Positions 52,014-61,123 of a stretch of DNA of 64,000 bases are shown one piece after another. Position 1 is the stretch's first letter. Each line of letters opens with the position of its first letter. The position numbers and the translations under genes were made by a program. The stretch covers positions 320,001 through 384,000 of the forward strand of contig CAVTBU010000005.1 of the NCBI GenBank assembly GCA_963733035.1, read 5' to 3'. The notes beneath the pieces are model-generated. The model worked only from the letters and a program-made list of their open reading frames with translations. It made no database searches and was not told the DNA's origin. The stretch is from Pirellulales bacterium (GTDB taxonomy: Bacteria; Planctomycetota; Planctomycetia; Pirellulales; PALSA-1355).

Positions 52014-52931
52014 ATGCCAGTACGACTTTTTGGGTGCCGCTGTGCGCCTTGGGCGGAAAAACTCGAACTTCAAAGGGCACTGAAGCACTTCACCGGGGCG
52101 GCCGTAATCGCCCTTGTCTGTTGCGCGTGGGCCGTGGCCGCCACGCCGAATCAAGCAACGTCGAGCCGCGCGGCGCGCGAAGACGCGCTACGCTCGATTC
52201 CGCTGGAAAAATTACCTGCCGAGATGCGCGAACAGGTCACTTCGACACTCAAGGCCACGAGTCTCTTTCGGCGACTGCCTGTGCAAGTCACGCCGTGCGA
52301 CCCGGAAATGTACCTGTTTCTGGTACGTCATCCGGAGGTGGTCGTCAACATCTGGGAAGTCATGAACATCAGCAACGTGGCGCTGCAGCGAACCGGTTCC
52401 GATACCTTTCGCGCAACCGACAACGCGGGCACCTTGTGTAACGTCAAGTTTTGTTACAGCGACGACGAGACACACGTTATCTATGCCGAAGGAGCGTACA
52501 GCGGCCCGATGTTTAATCGTCCGATTCGCGCTCGCTGCGTGCTGTTGCTCAAGAGCGGCTACATGCAAGAGACCGACGGGCAGTACTATGTGACCAGCCG
52601 TATGGATACGTTCATTCAGATCGAGCACGCCGGCGTGGAAGTGTTGGCCAAGACGCTGCAAATGCTGATTCATCGTTCGGCCGACTACAATTTTGTCGAA
52701 ACAGCAGCCTTCCTGGGCACCATTTCGCGAACAGCCGAGGCCAACCCGTACGGCATGCGACGACTGGCCGACAAACTTACAAACCTGCGTCCGGAAGTTC
52801 GCAACCAGTTCGCCGAATTGTCGGTGGAAGTGGGGGAAAAAGCCCGCGAGCGGCAGGCCATGCTGGGTAATTCAAAGATTGTTCCGGTAAGCAGTACCAC
52901 GCCGAAGCCAGACGACACGAAAGCGCGGTAG
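52014..52931 (+). CDS. Hypothetical exported protein
   Basis: Long ORF filling the gap; hydrophobic signal-like segment; start uncertain. Confidence 0.6.
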   Translation: MPVRLFGCRCAPWAEKLELQRALKHFTGAAVIALVCCAWAVAATPNQATSSRAAREDALRSIPLEKLPAEMREQVTSTLKATSLFRRLPVQVTPCDPEMYLFLVRHPEVVVNIWEVMNISNVALQRTGSDTFRATDNAGTLCNVKFCYSDDETHVIYAEGAYSGPMFNRPIRARCVLLLKSGYMQETDGQYYVTSRMDTFIQIEHAGVEVLAKTLQMLIHRSADYNFVETAAFLGTISRTAEANPYGMRRLADKLTNLRPEVRNQFAELSVEVGEKARERQAMLGNSKIVPVSSTTPKPDDTKAR

Positions 52932-52970
52932 CGGCGCGCTCCAGACCCAATGCCATGGCGCGCGGCTCGC

Positions 52971-54591
52971 TTAGGTGCGGGCCGCGCCCGTGCCGCCGCA
53001 TACCCGTTCTTCGACAAGATGTTTGAGGCCCTGCAGGTCGAGCTTGCCGGTACCCAGCAGCGGAATCTCGTCGACCTGGTAAAAGCTGTCCTTGTCGGGA
53101 ATCCATAAGTTGGGCAGCCCCGTGGCGACGAGTTCCTTCAGCACCTGGTCGAGCGGTTTGTCGCAGGGCAAATGGAACACGATCAGACGCTCCCCTTTCT
53201 TCGGGTCGGGGACGGACGTGACTGCCACGGCAAGTTTGTCCTCGTCGTCGCACATGATCTTCTGCAGCAGTTCCTCGACGCGGATGTGAGGCACCATTTC
53301 GCCGCCAATTTTCGAGAACCGACTGAGCCGCCCCGTGATGTGGATGAAACCGTCGTCATCGACCAACCCCATGTCGCCCGTGTTGTACCAACCGTCGTGC
53401 AATACCTCGGCGGTCTTTTCGGGCAGTTTGTAGTAGCCCTGCATGACGTTCGGTCCCTTGAAGAGCAGGATGCCCGTTTCTCCCTGGGGCAAGTCCTCGC
53501 CCGTTTCGTGGTCGATGGCCTTGCCGACGACGCCGGGAATGGGCCGCCCGACGGTGCCCAGTTTGGCCTGCGTGGTATCGCCACCGATGGCGCGGTTGGC
53601 CGGCACGTTGACCGAAACGATGGGCGAAAGTTCGGTGGTTCCGTAGCCCTCCATCGGTCGGATGTGAAATCGCTCCTCGAACGCCTCGCACAGCTCATTG
53701 GGCAGTTTCTCGGCGCCGGTCACCACCAGTTCCAGGCTGGCGAATTCCTCGGGTGTGCAGCGCCGCATATACCAGCGCAAGAACGTCGGCGTGGTGACCA
53801 GAATCGTTACCTTGTAGTCCTTGCACATCTTGCCAATCACTTTGGCATCGAGCGGACTGAAGTGATAGCAACCCTTGGGGCCCAGCGCCAGCACCGACCA
53901 CAGGCCCACCGTAAAACCGAACGAATGAAACAGCGGCAGAATGCCGAGCACCATGTCGTGGTCGTCGAGTTGCAAGATGTCGTCGATGGCAGCCGAGTTC
54001 GTGCCGACGTTTTTATAGGAGAGCATCACACCCTTTGGCTGCCCGGTGGAACCGGAGGTGTAGATGATCGTAAACAGCTCATCTGGGTCGATCGTGTGCA
54101 GGCCCAGCCAGCGTTCAAGCACGGCCGAGGGCCACGTATAGGCCTGCACGGCGGCGACAAGCTTATCGGCGGTCGTTACCTTTTCGCGCAGGTCTTCCAG
54201 ATAGACCAACTCGGCATCGAGCTTGAAGTTGAACCGTTCCATGAATCGCCGGCTCGTGAGCACGTGGCGAATGCCGCACTGGGCGATGCAATAGTTGAGC
54301 GTTTCGGACGGAACCGTGTAGTTCAGATTTACTGCCACACGACGACACAGCGTCGTGGCGGCGTTGGCCAGCACGCCACCGGCCGACGGCGGAACTAGCA
54401 AGCCCACAAACCTTTCGTCCGGCGCCAAGACCTCGCGCAGCAAGAGCCGTCGGAAGATAAGCGTCCGCATCAGGAGGCTGCCGCCGGTCATTTCCACGCC
54501 CGTCGAATCGACGATCTTGCGCAAACATCGATTTGCGGCATTGACGCAAAAAGGCCCGGGGCACGATGATCGTGCGCGCTTGAGGAGTCAT
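52971..54591 (-). CDS. Stand-alone Aas-like acyl-ACP synthetase (AMP-binding); probable frameshift near 54520
   Basis: YTSGSTGQPKGV, LPLFHSFG, EGYGTTE, GPNVMQGY, WYNTGD, GRLSRFSKIGGEMV; AGGA RBS plus ATG 54591 in another frame. Confidence 0.88.
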
Positions 54592-54829
54592 CTTGTCCTG
54601 GTTCACTGGGGTTGGCCGGCCTCGCCGAGGGGGCACACGCAAAGCTTGCGCACCTTCGCGAAGCGCGAGATTTTTCGCGGCAGTGGGTCGCCCGTCCGCG
54701 ACGAACTGCCCTTCATAAAGATACTACCTTGCGCGGCCCTGGGGTAGACCGATCGACGCCCCCGGCGGCAGCCACGAGAGGTATCGGAAAACGGTTCGAA
54801 CGATGTTCCGCCTTGGCCGCCGGCGACAA

Positions 54830-55636
54830 CTACAGGGGCTCGTCGCGCACCGGATTGGTCAACGATCCGATTTTTTCGATTTCGACGGTGATCTCGTCGC
54901 CGTCCTTGAGAAATACGGGCGGCTTGCGGGCCATGCCCACGCCGTGCGGCGTGCCGGTCAGGATCAAGGTGCCCGGCAGCAGGCGCGTGCTGCCGCTGAG
55001 AAATTCGATCAGCGTGGGGACGTCGAAAATCATGTCGTTGGTATTCCAATCCTGCATAACCTCGCCGTTTAAGATGGTCTTGATTTGCAGCACGTTGGGA
55101 TCGGGAATGTCGTCGGGCGTGACTAGCGCGGGACCCAGCGGACAGAAGGTGTCGAACGTCTTCCCTCGGCACCACTGACTGCCGCCCATTTGCTTTTGCC
55201 AATCGCGCGCGCTTACGTCATTCGCGCAGGTATAGCCCAACACGTGCTTCAGTGCTTCTTCGCGAAGTACGTTTTTGCACTCGCGCCCGATCACGACGGC
55301 GAGCTCACATTCGTAATCGACTTCGTCGCTCTTTAGTTGCCGGGGGAGCTCGATCGGGTCACCAGGATTTTGCGCGGTGCTGGGAAGCTTCATAAACAGC
55401 ACCGGCCACTTCGGAATCGGGGCATTTCCTTCCGCGGCATGGCGGCGGTAGTTTAGCCCGATGCAGAGGATCCCGGTGGGAACAATCGGCGTGAGCAGTT
55501 TTTGTACATCCGCGGTTCGTTCCGTTACCTCGTAGCGGCCGAAGATGTCGCCGGCGATTTCACGCGCCGAGCCGTCACCGAGTTGCGATGCGAACTTGAT
55601 CTGATTCTGACTGTCGCGATAGCGAATGATTTTCAT
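54830..55636 (-). CDS. Fumarylacetoacetate hydrolase family protein
   Basis: CIGLNY, FMK, DYECEL, NDVSARDWQ, GKTFDTF, TGTPHGVG. Confidence 0.95.
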   Translation of the reverse strand: MKIIRYRDSQNQIKFASQLGDGSAREIAGDIFGRYEVTERTADVQKLLTPIVPTGILCIGLNYRRHAAEGNAPIPKWPVLFMKLPSTAQNPGDPIELPRQLKSDEVDYECELAVVIGRECKNVLREEALKHVLGYTCANDVSARDWQKQMGGSQWCRGKTFDTFCPLGPALVTPDDIPDPNVLQIKTILNGEVMQDWNTNDMIFDVPTLIEFLSGSTRLLPGTLILTGTPHGVGMARKPPVFLKDGDEITVEIEKIGSLTNPVRDEPL

Positions 55637-55950
55637 GGCGGCCACGTGATGTCTGGGAGGTTTCGGTAAAGTCGCGATTATCCGTTCGCGAGGTAGCATT
55701 CGTCAATTGGGGCACCCGTGATCTGCACAAAGGCACTAACACCCCTAGCTGACGTATCTTGTGCGCTGCATGGGCGGGATGGGTCATGGCGACTCTCAAA
55801 TTACCAGCCAGAGACTCGTAATTGCCACTCTACGATCTATGTCATAACGCCCAAAAGACTGGTTGCGGAAGCTAACTTCCACTCCTAAAGTGCACTTCAG
55901 ACTGGTCGACGGGCCGCGACCGGCACTCTCCTCTCCCCCGCGATACGCAC

Positions 55951-56628
55951 ATGGCGTCGGCCAGGCGTCAAAACTTGAGCGAGCAAGTTGCCGCACGGAT
56001 CAAGCAACTCATCATCGATGAGGGGCTCAAGCCGGGCGACCGCCTCCCCACGGAACAGGAAATGGCCGACCGGTTTGGCGTCAGCCGTGTCAGCGTCCGC
56101 GAGGCCACCAAAGCCCTTAGCTTCCTGGGCATCATTCACGCCGCTCCGCGCCGCGGACTGACGATCGGCGAAGTCGACATGAGCCGCGTCACGGAATATC
56201 TCGGCTTTCACTTCGCGTTGGGCAGCTACCCGAAGCGAGAGCTCCTGCAAACGCGACTCGTCATTGAGTCTGGAGCCCTGCCCTACATTTCCCAGGCAAT
56301 GGCCACACAAGGGGATCTGTTCGACCGCCTTGTGCAGTTGATCGAAGCGAGCAAGCCGATCGTCAGCGTGCGACAGCGGATGGCAAGCGACCTGGCATTC
56401 CACCACGAACTGATAGCGGCCAGCGGCATGGGCCCGCTCCGTGTCTTCGACGACTTGCTGCAGATATTCTTTGGACATTTCGCGCCCGACCTCAGCGATG
56501 ACCAGTGGGAGTTGGCCACGGACCACCACGCCTGCTTGATCCGACTGCTGCGGGACGGCAAGGTGGAAAACGCAAGGCAATTGCTCTCAGAGCACCTGGG
56601 CACCTATTCGTCTCGAATTGGCGACTAG
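55951..56628 (+). CDS. FadR/GntR family transcriptional regulator
   Basis: LKPGDRLPTEQEMADRFGVSRVSVREA; FCD domain DLAFH. Confidence 0.93.
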   Translation: MASARRQNLSEQVAARIKQLIIDEGLKPGDRLPTEQEMADRFGVSRVSVREATKALSFLGIIHAAPRRGLTIGEVDMSRVTEYLGFHFALGSYPKRELLQTRLVIESGALPYISQAMATQGDLFDRLVQLIEASKPIVSVRQRMASDLAFHHELIAASGMGPLRVFDDLLQIFFGHFAPDLSDDQWELATDHHACLIRLLRDGKVENARQLLSEHLGTYSSRIGD

Positions 56629-56698
56629 TCTCACGCTCTGCGTTCAAGCCGGGTAGAATGGCAAGAATTGCCGCTCTGCCGATTGCCGGTCCGCTTGC

Positions 56699-58636
56699 AT
56701 GCCGCCCGACCCAATTGTTTCTATTGTCGATCGTTGTCTCGCGCCCGGCTGCTTCTATGTCGTGCCGGGGGCCCGGTTGCGCATTGAGGGCCACGTCGCC
56801 CAAGAGCTTCCCTGGGAAATCTACTTCGGGCATCTGCTAGATGCAAAGGTCGCTCGACGTCGCGAGCGATTCACGTCGTGGAAAATCTCCCTGGATGAAC
56901 CCGCTAGTTCCAATCATGGACCGCTTGTCTCGGTTCATTGGCAACCGCCAAATCGGCAATTGCACGTAACCCGGCAGATTCTGACACACGGTTTCGAGGC
57001 GTACGAAGACGAACCTGGTGTCATCCTGACCCGGCCGACACAGAAATGCGTCACGGAACTTGTCGGATCGGTGAGGCTCGCGGACGCCCGTTCGGAGCGC
57101 TTGGGGCATGAGCTTGGCGAACTCTTGTTTTTGGCGGTCATCGGTACCAGCCGTTTGCCAATCACGTCGCTCGAGTCGCCGCTGCCCGCCTATTCGCTGG
57201 GGCGGCTCGCTTACATCCCGGACTTGTCCCTGGCGGATGCTCCCTGGTCCGATGTGTCGTCGTTTCTCGGTGCGACGCTCACTGGCGAGCACTCCCTGAT
57301 CCAGCAGGCCAAAGCGTTGGAAACTGCCCTGCGGTCAGGCTCCGGGGCCGATATCGGGGAATTGACGGCTGTGTTGCGGCATAGCATCGGTGATGCGACC
57401 GCCGCGACTCGCTTGCTGCGCACCGTCTTCAACACGGCCGCGTTGTCGCCGTATACCCATTTCGCTGATTCGCTAATTGGTCTAATCATCGAACTTGCCG
57501 AAACGGAATGGTACGGCTCCGTTGAAGCGCTTGAATTGCTCAGTTACATGCTACGGCACCTATGCCGGCATCTGACGGCCTTCGATCTGGTCGTGTTCCA
57601 TAGTTTTGGTGCCAACTACCCTGACGCGCTATTCCTCGATGCACTGCTCAAGGCGTTTCTGAAGCTGCTTCCGCGACATGGCGCAACGGCGCTCGGCACA
57701 ACGGGTCGAATTCTAAGACGGGGCCTTCGGCAGGCCTGCTTGGCGCGTAAACACTATGAAGGCCATCGAGTACCCGACGCGCCGACTTCGATGGGCGAAA
57801 ACGTCCGCGTGCTACCTGAGCCGTTTCGACGCGTGCCCGACGAACAGATTCTCGAGTCAGGAAAACGTCGGCGACGTCTTTTCGACGGCGAACCGACCGA
57901 CAGCCTGCTGTCGGACGTCACGCGTGCCATATTCACGGCCAGTCTTGTCGATTTGGACGATCTCCGCGAGTTGCGCGAACTGGGAATGGCTCACTACCTC
58001 GACCGACCCTTGGGGGTGCTGAAGGCAGCCGGCGAAATCGATCGCACGCCGCTGCTTGCCTATGTGGCTTGCAGCCGGTTTGTCGCCGCTCGACGGCTTG
58101 CAAGTTTGCAATCCGCTGGTTGGATCGACGCGGCACGATATGAGGCTCTGCGCACGGCGTTGCCGGGAATTTCCGTCGTCGGGGTGCCAGCAAGTGAATT
58201 GCGAGCCACGGAGCGGCCGGGGGTCGTTTCGTTGGCCGATGCCAACAAGGCAGCGTCCGACTTCGTGTTCCTGCGCACAACACGCAGCTCGCTCGACGAA
58301 TTGCTTGGACGGTACGATTGGCGGCCGCTGGAGGAGTCTTATCCAGACGTCGTGCACTGGCTTCACGCAGATCGTGACGTGCTCGTCGTGCAACATTGTC
58401 CGCTGGAATCGCCCGATGGACCGGTTTTGCAGGCTTTTGCCGGCGAGGAATTACGATTGGAACTCGGATTTCCGCGCGAGCGAAGTACAATGGGCATTTA
58501 CCGGCAGCAAGCCGGTGGCGAAGTCGTCTGCAAGCTGCACGTATTGCGAGCGTGGGACGTGGCGAGGTGCGAATTGGTGCATATGCGCGAGCGTGGTCTT
58601 TGGCTCGAAGCCCGCGTGGAAGCAGGCACAACCTAG
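56699..58636 (+). CDS. Large hypothetical protein (645 aa)
   Basis: Long ORF with protein-like composition, co-oriented between gntR and the sulfatase; no recognised motif. Confidence 0.75.
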   Translation: MPPDPIVSIVDRCLAPGCFYVVPGARLRIEGHVAQELPWEIYFGHLLDAKVARRRERFTSWKISLDEPASSNHGPLVSVHWQPPNRQLHVTRQILTHGFEAYEDEPGVILTRPTQKCVTELVGSVRLADARSERLGHELGELLFLAVIGTSRLPITSLESPLPAYSLGRLAYIPDLSLADAPWSDVSSFLGATLTGEHSLIQQAKALETALRSGSGADIGELTAVLRHSIGDATAATRLLRTVFNTAALSPYTHFADSLIGLIIELAETEWYGSVEALELLSYMLRHLCRHLTAFDLVVFHSFGANYPDALFLDALLKAFLKLLPRHGATALGTTGRILRRGLRQACLARKHYEGHRVPDAPTSMGENVRVLPEPFRRVPDEQILESGKRRRRLFDGEPTDSLLSDVTRAIFTASLVDLDDLRELRELGMAHYLDRPLGVLKAAGEIDRTPLLAYVACSRFVAARRLASLQSAGWIDAARYEALRTALPGISVVGVPASELRATERPGVVSLADANKAASDFVFLRTTRSSLDELLGRYDWRPLEESYPDVVHWLHADRDVLVVQHCPLESPDGPVLQAFAGEELRLELGFPRERSTMGIYRQQAGGEVVCKLHVLRAWDVARCELVHMRERGLWLEARVEAGTT

Positions 58637-58647
58637 AGGTGTTCGAG

Positions 58648-60048
58648 ATGCATTTGCGATGGGCGGCGCTCGCCGCGTTGTTGAGTCTATGCTTCTTGCC
58701 GGTGGCCTGGTCGGCCGAGAAGAACGTGGTGCTGGTGGTGGCCGATGACCTGGGCTTGGATCTGGCCTGTTACGGCAATCGCTCGATCCGCATGTCGCAC
58801 CTCGACGCCTTGGCGAAAGACGCCACTGTATTCACGCATGCTTTTTGCACGACCTCCAGTTGCAGTCCCAGTCGGTCGGTAATCCTGAGCGGCACCTACA
58901 ACCACGCTAACGGCATGTACGGCCTGGCGCATGCGGAGCATCATTTCAGTTCATTCGAACGGCTACCGACGCTGACCGTGCAGCTTGCGAAGGCGGGATA
59001 TCGCACCGCCACGAGCGGCAAATTGCATGTCGGTCCACCGTCGAGCTACCCGTTTGACGTGGCATTGCCTGGCAGCCCGCGAAACGGCGTGCAGATGGCG
59101 GAAAACTGCCGCAAATTCGTCCAGTCGGACGACGAGCGCCCGTTCTTCCTATACTTCTGCACTGCGGATCCGCATCGCGGCGCCGGAGACGGTCCGCCAC
59201 CTTACCGGCCTAACCGATTCGGTAACGAAGTGAAACACCCGGGCATTGAGGAACAAAATTACACGCCCGAAGAAGTCGAGGTGCCGCCGTTCCTACCCGA
59301 CACTCCCACAGTGCGGGCCGAGTTGGCCGAGTACTACCAGGCGAGTTCGCGGTTCGACCAGGGTGTGGGACGGTTAGTCGAGGTGCTTAAAGAGGCCGGT
59401 TGTTGGGACAGTACGCTGCTGATCTTCATTTCCGACAACGGCATCCCCTTCCCGGGCGCTAAGACCACGCTCTACGAACCCGGCATGCGGTTGCCGTGCA
59501 TCGTGCGGAACCCGTATCAATCGGAGCGGGGAGTACGATCGTCGGCAATGGTCTCCTGGGTCGATATTGCGCCCACGATTCTCGATTTCGTCGGCGCTCC
59601 AATCGAACCCAAAATGCAGGGCCGATCGTTTTTATCCGTCCTCAACCAGACAGCGCCGGCAGGGTGGGACGAAGTGTTCGGCTCACACACGTTTCATGAG
59701 GTGACGATGTACTATCCGATGCGCGTCGTGCGCGGCCGGAAATACAAACTGATCTGGAATCTCGCACACGAGTTGACCTATCCGTCGGCCTCCGACCTAT
59801 ACAGTGGGGCCACGTGGCAGGAAGCACTCGCCAAGGGCACTGACTCGATCTTTGGGCAGCGAACCGTGGGACAATATCTGCATCGCCCCGAATTCGAGCT
59901 CTACGATTTGGAGAACGACCCGGGCGAATCGAAAAACCTTGCAGGCGAAAAAGAGCATGCCGCCACGCTGGCCGAGCTGAAAGCCAGGCTCAAGGCCTTT
60001 CAACAGCGCACCGGCGACCCTTGGATTCACAAGTGGGTCTACGAGTAA
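58648..60048 (+). CDS. Exported S1 sulfatase (N-sulfoglucosamine sulfohydrolase-like)
   Basis: ADDLG, CSPSR formylglycine motif, GKLHV, DPHR, SDNG, SHTFHE..YPMR. Confidence 0.92.
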   Translation: MHLRWAALAALLSLCFLPVAWSAEKNVVLVVADDLGLDLACYGNRSIRMSHLDALAKDATVFTHAFCTTSSCSPSRSVILSGTYNHANGMYGLAHAEHHFSSFERLPTLTVQLAKAGYRTATSGKLHVGPPSSYPFDVALPGSPRNGVQMAENCRKFVQSDDERPFFLYFCTADPHRGAGDGPPPYRPNRFGNEVKHPGIEEQNYTPEEVEVPPFLPDTPTVRAELAEYYQASSRFDQGVGRLVEVLKEAGCWDSTLLIFISDNGIPFPGAKTTLYEPGMRLPCIVRNPYQSERGVRSSAMVSWVDIAPTILDFVGAPIEPKMQGRSFLSVLNQTAPAGWDEVFGSHTFHEVTMYYPMRVVRGRKYKLIWNLAHELTYPSASDLYSGATWQEALAKGTDSIFGQRTVGQYLHRPEFELYDLENDPGESKNLAGEKEHAATLAELKARLKAFQQRTGDPWIHKWVYE

Positions 60049-60069
60049 TCGTCAACGAGCGGTCGTCAA

Positions 60070-61017
60070 CTACGCCTGAAAGAAGACTCGTTCGGCTGTC
60101 TTGCGGAGCAGCCAATTGCGATCTGCCGGCGAAAGGAACTCGATTCGGCTTCGCACCAGTTCGATCGAGTCGCGATACGTGTGGCCGTTCTGCACCTGGT
60201 AAGGACAGTCGGTCGCCCACATCAGCCGCTCCGGGCCATACGCATCGACAAGCCGACGGATCATCGGCGTCAGATCGGTGTACGGGGCGGCTTTCTTTCC
60301 CAGCGCATAGAAGGCTGACACTTTGACGTGCGTGTTGTTGTGTCGCGCCAGCCGGCAGAGGTTGTCGACATCGCGTTCCCGTATTTTCCCGTCGACACCG
60401 ACGCGGCCAAAGTGATCCACCACCACGGGCGTCTCGGGAAACTTCTCGCACATCTTGTCGAGGGGCTCGAGGGCCTCGGGATTGACGAGTCCGCACATCG
60501 CCATGCTTTCCTCGGCGCCAACCTTCCACATGGTGGCCATCCCGTCCGAACCGAGCCACCGATCGACCGCCTGCTTGGCCGGATGGATGCGAAACCCTCG
60601 TACGCCCTGCTTCTTCAGATCGCGCATCGTGGCCGGCACGCCGCCGTCGTGTTCGTCGATGACCGCCACGCCGGAAAACACGCCAGGATAGTCGCGGATC
60701 GCGTCGAGCATATAGCGGTTGTCGAAACCGTAGAAACTCATCTGGATCAGTACCACGCGGCCCACGCCGGCCGGCCGGGCCTCGGCCAGCAACTGGTCGG
60801 GCGTGAAGCTGGGGGGCTGCATGTCGGCGACGGTGTAGCCTTTGGTCAGGGGATATCGCCGAACGTCCGGCGTCCACACGTGGACATGGGCGTCGATTGC
60901 CAACTCATCGCGTTTTGGTTCGTCGGCCTTAACCGAGTAACTCATTGCTGCCGCGGCTGTCGCCAAACCGCCCTGGAGAAGTCGTCGCCGAGAAAGCCGA
61001 ACGTCGAAGTCGAGCAT
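60070..61017 (-). CDS. Amidohydrolase_2 family protein (lactonase-like) with Tat signal
   Basis: SRRRLL Tat motif, IDAHVHVW, VVDHFG, VKVS, WATDCP. Confidence 0.9.
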   Translation of the reverse strand: MLDFDVRLSRRRLLQGGLATAAAAMSYSVKADEPKRDELAIDAHVHVWTPDVRRYPLTKGYTVADMQPPSFTPDQLLAEARPAGVGRVVLIQMSFYGFDNRYMLDAIRDYPGVFSGVAVIDEHDGGVPATMRDLKKQGVRGFRIHPAKQAVDRWLGSDGMATMWKVGAEESMAMCGLVNPEALEPLDKMCEKFPETPVVVDHFGRVGVDGKIRERDVDNLCRLARHNNTHVKVSAFYALGKKAAPYTDLTPMIRRLVDAYGPERLMWATDCPYQVQNGHTYRDSIELVRSRIEFLSPADRNWLLRKTAERVFFQA

Positions 61018-61123
61018 TTCATAACCACATGTCGAATGAACCTACGAAGACCATCGATGGCGTAATCGTAGCATCGCGCGTCAACGAAAGAAACTTGTCC
61101 GCCTGACAACGGTCCGTTTGCCG

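Noticed and set aside
53172..54398. 408-aa plus-strand ORF
   Set aside because: Antisense shadow of the AMP-binding gene
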